Made by a program: the position numbers and the translations under genes | In this document: positions 57,268-64,000 of the stretch, in pieces | Position numbering within the stretch: the stretch's first letter is position 1 | How the letters are laid out: every line of letters begins with the position of its first letter | The notes under the pieces: generated by a model | Told to the model about the DNA's origin: nothing | The model's input: only the letters and a program-made list of their open reading frames with translations | The model's database searches: none | NCBI GenBank assembly: GCA_038727135.1 | Contig: JAVYWL010000003.1 | Span: forward strand, 96,001 to 160,000 | Direction of reading: 5' to 3' | DNA: 64,000 nucleotides | Source of the DNA: Candidatus Bathyarchaeia archaeon | GTDB taxonomy: Archaea; Thermoproteota; Bathyarchaeia; Bathyarchaeales; Bathycorpusculaceae

Positions 57268-59361
57268 ATGAAGAAGTTTACGCCATCAATAAGTCTAAAT
57301 GGGAAAATTCTCTCCGATGTTGACGAATCGCTACAAAAGGAGTGGATTATAACAAACGGCTTAGGGGGATATGCTTCCTCAACAGTTTTGGGAATAAACA
57401 CTAGGAAATATCATGGGGTTCTTGTGGCGGCTTTTCATCCGCCGAGAAACCGAAGGGTTTGTGTGGCTAAACTGGACGAGGAGCTAAAGATTGGAAACGC
57501 CTTCTATCCAGCCTTTGCCAACGAGTTTCAAAGTGGCGTATATCCGAAAGGACATGAGTTTCTCCGAGAGTTTCATTTGTCGCCATTTCCAAAGTACGTT
57601 TACAACGTTCAAAATGTTAGGTTTTCAAGAACCCTTTTCATGCCATGCAAAAGGAACGCCACCCTAACCATATACGAGTTCTTTAACACCGGCATAGTGG
57701 ACGTTGAAGTTCGAATTTTCCCGCTAATAACGTGTAGGCATTTCCACTCGGTTGTGGATAGGTGGCGTAATCCGCCAAAATTCTCTCAGAAGACATATGG
57801 TAGGAGAGTCAAAATAAACGTTGAAAAGCCGCAAGCCACAATCATTCTTGAAGCAACTCATGGGGCTTATGCTCGGGCTGAAAAGTGGATTGAAAGGGTT
57901 TATTTCCGCGAAGAGCACAATCGTGGAGAAAGCCACCTAGACAGCTGGTTCCAGCCGGGATTTTTCGAAATAAAGGTTGAAAGAGGCGCCACCGAAAAGT
58001 TTGTGTTGACCGCTGTGGCTGGCGAAGACGAGTCAAGAGTCGAGGAAATGGCGGATGAAATGCCAGCCACAACATATGACGTGGAAAATTTGTATAACAA
58101 CGAATGCGAACGTCGCGAACAGCTGCTTGAAAGATTTTACGCGGAACACAAAGGCGTGGAAGAGAAAGACTGGCTTAGCTGGCTTGTTTATGCAACAGAC
58201 ATGTTTATTGTTGGAGGCTTTGGAAAGGCTTGGAAGTCTGTTATCGCTGGCTACCACTGGTTTGAGGATTGGGGAAGAGACACCTTCATAGCTTTGCCAG
58301 GGCTTATGCTTGTCACTGGAAGATTTGAGGATGCTAGACAAACTCTTCTGGCATTCAACCAACATTTTATGAACGGCTTAATCCCAAACTTTATTTCAGA
58401 TGCTGATGCCAAACCGGTTTACAATGCTGTTGACGCCACATTGTGGTTTGTGAACGCTGTTCTCCAGTATTTGAAGTACACTGGCGACTTTGAATTTGTT
58501 GAGAAAAACTTGTGGGAAAACATGAGGGCGATTGTCGAAAACTTTGAAAAGGGAAAGAGCCCAAAAATCCGCATAGACAATGATGGGCTTATTTTTCACG
58601 GACCACAATTAACATGGATGGACACAGCCATAGACGGGCAGCCAGTAACGCCGAGGACTGGAAAGGCTGTTGAAGTTCAAGCATTATGGTATAACGCCCT
58701 CAAGACGTTAGAGATTTTGGCTAGAAAATTCAAGGAGACGGGCATGGCTGAAAAATTTGCATGTCTAGCCGAAAAAGCAAAGGGAAGCTTTAACGCAAAG
58801 TTTTGGAATTCTGAGAAGGGTTGCTTGTTTGACGTTGTCGATGAGGGCGGCTCTGGCGACCTGTCCATTAGGCCTAACCAAATCATTGCAGTTGCATTAG
58901 ATTTCACAATGCTTGATAAAACGAAAAGCAGCAAGGTGGTGGATGTTGTACGTCGAGAGCTTCTAACGCCGTTTGGCTTAAGAACTCTTGCAAAAAGTGA
59001 CCCGAGATATATAGGCGTTTATCGTGGAGATAGACGAAGCAGAGACCTAGCCTACCACAACGGCACTGTTTGGCCTTGGCTTTTAGGTCCTTTCGTGAAG
59101 GCTTATTTGAAAACTGAGGGTTATGGCGAGTACATGCGGGAATACGCCTTTAGAAGTTTCCTCGCGCCGCTCCTCACAACACAGGTTTTTGTGGCCGGAC
59201 TTGGAGCCATAAGCGAAGTTTATGATGGCGACCCGCCTCACAGGGCTGGTGGTTGCATAGCCCAAGCATGGAGTGTAGCCGAGCCGTTAAGGGCTTATGT
59301 TGAAGACATTCTCTATTTTAGACCGCCATTTGAGGGGGAAGTTTTCAAAATTTTAGGGTGA
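57268..59361 (+). CDS. Glycogen debranching amylo-alpha-1,6-glucosidase
   Basis: EWIITNGLGGY, AGYHWFEDWGRD, TWMD, YHNGTVWPW, AQAWS. Confidence 0.9.
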   Translation: MKKFTPSISLNGKILSDVDESLQKEWIITNGLGGYASSTVLGINTRKYHGVLVAAFHPPRNRRVCVAKLDEELKIGNAFYPAFANEFQSGVYPKGHEFLREFHLSPFPKYVYNVQNVRFSRTLFMPCKRNATLTIYEFFNTGIVDVEVRIFPLITCRHFHSVVDRWRNPPKFSQKTYGRRVKINVEKPQATIILEATHGAYARAEKWIERVYFREEHNRGESHLDSWFQPGFFEIKVERGATEKFVLTAVAGEDESRVEEMADEMPATTYDVENLYNNECERREQLLERFYAEHKGVEEKDWLSWLVYATDMFIVGGFGKAWKSVIAGYHWFEDWGRDTFIALPGLMLVTGRFEDARQTLLAFNQHFMNGLIPNFISDADAKPVYNAVDATLWFVNAVLQYLKYTGDFEFVEKNLWENMRAIVENFEKGKSPKIRIDNDGLIFHGPQLTWMDTAIDGQPVTPRTGKAVEVQALWYNALKTLEILARKFKETGMAEKFACLAEKAKGSFNAKFWNSEKGCLFDVVDEGGSGDLSIRPNQIIAVALDFTMLDKTKSSKVVDVVRRELLTPFGLRTLAKSDPRYIGVYRGDRRSRDLAYHNGTVWPWLLGPFVKAYLKTEGYGEYMREYAFRSFLAPLLTTQVFVAGLGAISEVYDGDPPHRAGGCIAQAWSVAEPLRAYVEDILYFRPPFEGEVFKILG

Positions 59362-60396
59362 AATGGCTTTTCTTAGGCTTTCTGCGGCTGTTTCTGGGGA
59401 AACCGTGTTGATGTACATGCCTGTACTTTTTTCGAATCCAGCCCATATGGCGAGTTTTGGGTAAACCTCCACATGCCAATGATAATAGTGGTTTGCAGCT
59501 TTGTCTAGGGCTATGTGGAAGCCGAAGTTGTAGGGCGGATCGTTCAAGAGGTTTTTTAGCGCGCCTAGGCATGCCTTCAAGGTTCTTGCGAAGTTTTCCC
59601 TTTCCCTCTCGGATAGCTTGAGGGGTGAAGTCCCATGCTTTTTGGGGAATATCCAAAACTCAAGCGGGTTGACACTTGCATATGGCGCGAATGCTAGGAA
59701 GTCTTGGTTTTCCATTATGAAGCGGGGACTGTTCCGCTCTTTTTCCATGATTTCGCAGAAGATGCAACTGTTGTTTCTACGCCAGTGACGGCGGCTGGCA
59801 GCCAATTCCTCTCTGACAATTTTTGGTGTGAAGGGTGTTGCTATTATTTGGCTGTGGGCGTGAGAAAGCGAAGCCCCAGCCTCTAAGCCATGGTTTCGAA
59901 ATATGGAGACATAACGCACATACGGTTTTGTGGAAAGCTCACTGAGCCTATCCAGGTAAGCGTTTATCACGTGGACTAGTTGGGGTAGCCGTGCGTCCGA
60001 TGGGTGCTCATCATGGTTTGGCGATTCCACCAAAACCTCGTGATGCCCAACAGCATCAACCAAAGCCGAATCGTGACCTTTCATAATTTTCCTCTTACTT
60101 GTTGCTTCTTGTGGTGGGCTGAAGGCCGGGAAAAGGTTTGGGAAACACCGGATAATCCAGTTTTTATGTCTAAATCCGTCTTCATCCTTCGCCTTCCTAA
60201 TTTTTCCACATGATTCCAGATAGACAAGCAGTGCTGGCGGCGTCATGTGCTCGTTTCCCGGACAGAAGGGGCAAACACCTACTTTTGCTGGTGTTCTTTC
60301 CTTTTTTGCGAAGTCTGTTGGTCTGCGTCCCCGTTCTGTAGCAATTACAACCCACCTGTCTAGAAGGTAGTCTTTGCGTAGCTCACTGTGGGGCAA
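59353..60396 (-). CDS. galT: Galactose-1-phosphate uridylyltransferase family
   Basis: ELRKD, CPFCPGNE, GASLSHAHSQ, HWH. Confidence 0.88.
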   Translation of the reverse strand: MPHSELRKDYLLDRWVVIATERGRRPTDFAKKERTPAKVGVCPFCPGNEHMTPPALLVYLESCGKIRKAKDEDGFRHKNWIIRCFPNLFPAFSPPQEATSKRKIMKGHDSALVDAVGHHEVLVESPNHDEHPSDARLPQLVHVINAYLDRLSELSTKPYVRYVSIFRNHGLEAGASLSHAHSQIIATPFTPKIVREELAASRRHWRRNNSCIFCEIMEKERNSPRFIMENQDFLAFAPYASVNPLEFWIFPKKHGTSPLKLSERERENFARTLKACLGALKNLLNDPPYNFGFHIALDKAANHYYHWHVEVYPKLAIWAGFEKSTGMYINTVSPETAAESLRKAISP

Positions 60397-60560
60397 TTTT
60401 AAACCCAATAGCCTATCACCAGTCCAAAATTTAGCATTTTCCATGATGCTAATAGCACATTAGAGTGACAATTTTGCTTAGACTTTCGAACTGCAAAATT
60501 GATAGCCCTCCTCTATTTTTCACAAGTGGGTGGCGTTTTTGCTCTCCTTTCTTGGCTTGT

Positions 60561-62099
60561 TTAGGCTTTTGCCCCGATTAATTGCTTGTAGATTTTTGCA
60601 CTTTTTCGCATAATTCGCTTTTTTGTTTGGAGGTCTACGGCGTATAAGCCGAACTTCATTTTGAAGCCTTTAGCCCACTCATAATTGTCCGTCAAAGCCC
60701 AGTGGAAATAGCCCCTAACGTCCAATTTCTCCTCTTTTATTGCTTTCTCCAAAATCGCGATGTGGTCTTCCAGAAATTTTGGTCTGAGCTTATCCTCCGA
60801 GTCGGCTATCCCATTCTCCGTTACATAAATTGGTTTGGCAAACTTTGCCATAGCCTTTAAGGCTTCAAGAAGGCCTTCTGGATAGATTTCCCATCCCATG
60901 TCGGATGCTGGCTTGCCATCGGCAGATTGGCTTTTTGGTTGACACCCAAAACCATAGTTTGGCACGATTTCTGGCACTGCTGGAATCCCCGCGAACAACT
61001 TAGCCAGCAAGTTTCGCTTACCTTTAATCATAAAACGCGTGTAATAGTTTACGCCGAGCCAGTCCACACGGTTAGCCAAATAGCCTTTCACTTCATTCTT
61101 CTCTTTAACGCCGTTCAAGTTCTCGTCAAGCCAGCCTTCTGCAATAGCCCTTGGGAAAAACTGGTTATGCAAATTATCCATAAACTGTGCCGCATCAACA
61201 TCAAGCCTTTCACTAGCTTGAAGCGGATAGGCTGGAATAACGTTGTGGATAAGCCCCACAAAAGCTGGGCTTGGGCTATCGCTGTCAGCCTTAACATTGT
61301 CAAACTTTTTTATCGTTTCGTAGGCTCTGGCGTGAGCCAAAACCATGTTTTTGGCAGCCCTCTTAGCGACTCTAAAATTGTTTACACCAGGCGGGAAGCC
61401 AGACTCCGCTATCATGTAGCCGGCCTCGCAAACAGCCATCGGCTCGTTTAGGGTTGCCCAGTTGTCAACAATGTCGCCTAAACTCCAAGCCATGAAAGCC
61501 GCATACTTCGTAAACTCGATTATGGTGGATTCTTCAAGCCAGCCTTTCGGTCCCCGCCTTAGCCTTGTTGCCCACACAGTCAGCGGGTCGTGAATCCATA
61601 AGGGAAGCGTAAAATGGTTTAGGCAGACGAAAACCTTGAAGCCCCTCGCCCTCAAATCTTCTATGATGAGCCTATAATGGTTTAAAGCCTCCTTATCCGC
61701 CAGTTTTTCGAGCTCTTCGATGGCTTTGTCGTCCACTTCTATTTTTGATATGTTGCCATCAGAAGCTCTATCAACTCTAACGTGGACTGTTGCCGTTGTT
61801 TTCGGGAAGATTCTGCTCCATTCTGTGCCAATGCGGTAAGCGTTTAACCCAAGCTTTTCCGCAAGTTCATGGTCCCTTTCATACAAGTGCCAATAATCTA
61901 TGCCATTTTCTGGCAGGTCGCCACTCACCATGCCTCGCCTAATGTTTTCAGCGTCATGCGCCCAAACAAACCAGTCAGTGTTGGCGTCCACACTATTGCC
62001 AGACGAGTCGCCCATTTCAAACTGAAAGCCGCTTTCCGAAACACCCCACAAAAATTTTTCCGTTACCCCCAAAGGCATCATACACCACCAAACTTGCAC
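60561..62099 (-). CDS. Glycoside hydrolase family 1 beta-glycosidase
   Basis: TLNEP and VTENG catalytic motifs; DNYEW. Confidence 0.92.
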   Translation of the reverse strand: MQVWWCMMPLGVTEKFLWGVSESGFQFEMGDSSGNSVDANTDWFVWAHDAENIRRGMVSGDLPENGIDYWHLYERDHELAEKLGLNAYRIGTEWSRIFPKTTATVHVRVDRASDGNISKIEVDDKAIEELEKLADKEALNHYRLIIEDLRARGFKVFVCLNHFTLPLWIHDPLTVWATRLRRGPKGWLEESTIIEFTKYAAFMAWSLGDIVDNWATLNEPMAVCEAGYMIAESGFPPGVNNFRVAKRAAKNMVLAHARAYETIKKFDNVKADSDSPSPAFVGLIHNVIPAYPLQASERLDVDAAQFMDNLHNQFFPRAIAEGWLDENLNGVKEKNEVKGYLANRVDWLGVNYYTRFMIKGKRNLLAKLFAGIPAVPEIVPNYGFGCQPKSQSADGKPASDMGWEIYPEGLLEALKAMAKFAKPIYVTENGIADSEDKLRPKFLEDHIAILEKAIKEEKLDVRGYFHWALTDNYEWAKGFKMKFGLYAVDLQTKKRIMRKSAKIYKQLIGAKA

Positions 62100-62102
62100 G
62101 TA

Positions 62103-62468
62103 TTAAAGTCCTTTTTCATAGACCCCTTCAACACCGAGTGTTAATTCCTTAAAAACGCAAATATGCTTCACATTCTTAGGCAAAACAAAGCACTGATCTG
62201 CTATCACAGTTTCTCTTTGACCATTTTCAAATATTAATTCCATTTTCCCACGAAGAATTAACATAAAAACATCTCGAGGGTTCTCATGAAATTCGCAATG
62301 GACTTTACTTTCTAAAGTTTTTCCAGCAAAAACATAAAGTTTGAAACCATCTGCCTCACCAATTTCAACAAACTCATCTGCACTTTCGCCCTTCACAATT
62401 TTTGCTTCAGCCAACCTCTTTGCTTGTTGTAAAGCTTCACTTAAATTGACGATCCTTAACAACAACAA
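62103..62468 (-). CDS. Cupin domain protein
   Basis: FHEN...ILRG...PKNVKH. Confidence 0.65.
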   Translation of the reverse strand: MLLLRIVNLSEALQQAKRLAEAKIVKGESADEFVEIGEADGFKLYVFAGKTLESKVHCEFHENPRDVFMLILRGKMELIFENGQRETVIADQCFVLPKNVKHICVFKELTLGVEGVYEKGL

Positions 62469-62516
62469 TCACGCTCATCGTAATTTCCGCGAATTAGTTT
62501 AAAAAAGAATCGGAGC

Positions 62517-62835
62517 GGCGGTGGGTCACTGAGGTTCGACGCCCAGAATCCAACCACTCCCCCAAACCCTACACTCGTACCCGCACCCCCTTGAGCGCCG
62601 AACGTCCAGGCTTAGGTTGCTCCCTCCCGGGCCTAGCCCGGTTCACCTGGCAAACACCGGAACAGGCTTCCCTACGGAAGCCGCCCAGCGACCGCCAGCC
62701 CCAAGGGACGGGTAGTCACGGCTTCGGAAGTGGGGTTGCGGATGGCCACGGGCGCCTCAGCCTCAGCTTTCGGCCCGTCATATAGAGGGTTTACGGTACA
62801 GGGGACCCCTAGCCCCCCGCCTAAGACCCACCGCC
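62517..62835 (-). ncRNA. ffs: Archaeal SRP (7S) RNA
   Basis: Complementary ends GGCGGTGGGTC/GACCCACCGCC; helix 8 CTAGGCCC-GGGA-GGGAGCAACCTAAG; 319 nt. Confidence 0.93.
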
Positions 62836-62859
62836 AAACATTCATGAGCAAAACAAAAC

Positions 62860-63195
62860 CTATAAAACTTTACCTTTCACTCGTACACCGTTTTTTAAAA
62901 TGTTTGTCTGCATGTTTTTGGGCAGACTTTCAAGTTCAACCATGTCTACTGGCACACCAAGTTCAAGTTCCAATTTTGCATTTAAATCCAGGAGTTCTTC
63001 AAAACTTAGTTTTGGGTTTGAGCTTATGCAAAGGTCTATGTCCCTCACATAATCCCTAGTGGTTAGGCTTCCGAAAATTATTGCAAGCTTTATCCGTTTA
63101 TTTCGTGCCACAAACCCTTTGATTTTTCTGATGATTTCTTCCTTTTCTTTTTGGCTAAACTTGTAAAGTCTTATCTGGTCATAGTTTGATTGCAT
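62860..63195 (-). CDS. Minimal nucleotidyltransferase (MntA-like antitoxin)
   Basis: IFGS...RDIDL...VDMV. Confidence 0.85.
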   Translation of the reverse strand: MQSNYDQIRLYKFSQKEKEEIIRKIKGFVARNKRIKLAIIFGSLTTRDYVRDIDLCISSNPKLSFEELLDLNAKLELELGVPVDMVELESLPKNMQTNILKNGVRVKGKVL

Positions 63196-63604
63196 ACCTA
63201 TCCCTCACGCTTTTTAAAAAATTGTCAACAGCCTTGAAATCGCCCTTAACAGCGTTGTATACTTGATTGTCGTCTATTATCCAATAACGATGAACCAGCA
63301 GGTTTCTTAAACGCACTATAGCCGTTAAATCTTTAGCGCAATCGCAGATGCCCTCCTCCTCTAATATTTTGAAGCACTGCGAGTAAGAGCTGGGGGTGCG
63401 GTTAAGGTCTTCCGTCGCTATTTGAAAGCATAAACCTCCTAAAGCTTCAGCAAGAACTATAATATGGTAGCGGATGGCATATTTTTCATTAAGGCTTAAC
63501 TCGGCATATGGCTTTGAGGTTAAACGTTTCAATTCATTTATTGTTTCAAGAATTTCGACGATTCTCTGCTTTATATGCTCAATGTTTACAGGCATCTCGA
63601 TCAA
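63179..63604 (-). CDS. HEPN/DUF86 ribonuclease toxin (HepT-like)
   Basis: RNLLVHRY (Rx4H followed by Tyr). Confidence 0.85.
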   Translation of the reverse strand: MIEMPVNIEHIKQRIVEILETINELKRLTSKPYAELSLNEKYAIRYHIIVLAEALGGLCFQIATEDLNRTPSSYSQCFKILEEEGICDCAKDLTAIVRLRNLLVHRYWIIDDNQVYNAVKGDFKAVDNFLKSVRDRYAIKL

Positions 63605-63662
63605 CAGAAAATAAACTTAAAAGATGGTAATAACGTTATTTGCTGTAAGCCTTTTAATAACA

Positions 63663-63983
63663 CTATTGAAGGCTGCTGTTCAGCCATTCCATGTATGGTT
63701 TGAAGCCTTCCACTATTGGCAGTGCTATTATTTCTGGCACTTGGTAGCTGTGGAGGGCTTTCACTTTCTCAGCGAGCTTGTTGAATAGGTCTTTTCTTGT
63801 TTTCATGAGGATCAGGTATTCTTGGGCCGTGTCGATTTTGTCTTGCCACCAGAAGAGCGAGTGGATTGGTCCTATTATGTTGGCGCATGCAATTAGCCTT
63901 TCAGCCAATAGTGCGTGTGCAATTTTTTCTGCTTCTTCTCTGCTTGATGTTGTGGTTAAGACGATTATGTGGTTGTTATCCAA
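63663..63983 (-). CDS. cutA: Divalent-cation tolerance protein
   Basis: LIACANI, WWQDKI, HSYQVPEI. Confidence 0.92.
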   Translation of the reverse strand: MDNNHIIVLTTTSSREEAEKIAHALLAERLIACANIIGPIHSLFWWQDKIDTAQEYLILMKTRKDLFNKLAEKVKALHSYQVPEIIALPIVEGFKPYMEWLNSSLQ

Positions 63984-64000
63984 TTTTGGTTCTCCATTTC

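Noticed and set aside
62591-63059. ORFs 62591-62785 and 62730-63059
   Set aside because: They are antisense shadows of the SRP RNA and MNT gene.

Overview
This is an archaeal chromosomal window, most consistent with Bathyarchaeia (TACK). The basis is a cdvA/cdvB/cdvC ESCRT operon, an H4MPT/methanofuran C1 cluster (fwdDBAC, mch, RimK/MptN-like, CitG-like), cdc6, archaeal tRNAs, an archaeal SRP RNA and frequent TTG/GTG starts. Other content: thiC-thiDN-thi4 behind a TPP riboswitch, Moco genes, valS, Lhr, sugar-catabolism genes, a HEPN-MNT pair, and the end of an integrated element at tRNA-Pro. Main finding: a 4,366-bp tyrosine-integrase element (34424-38789) appears to be inserted inside a box C/D guide sRNA gene rather than a tRNA. 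Removing it in silico through a 7-bp shared core (ACGATGA) rebuilds two structures. One is a complete C/D sRNA with promoter, 9-bp terminal stem, four boxes and a guide predicted to methylate the 23S rRNA C2498-equivalent. The other is an attP site with inverted arms. The element also carries a perfect 48-bp palindrome and has no recognisable Rep gene. All calls come from reading the sequence by eye; no searches were run.
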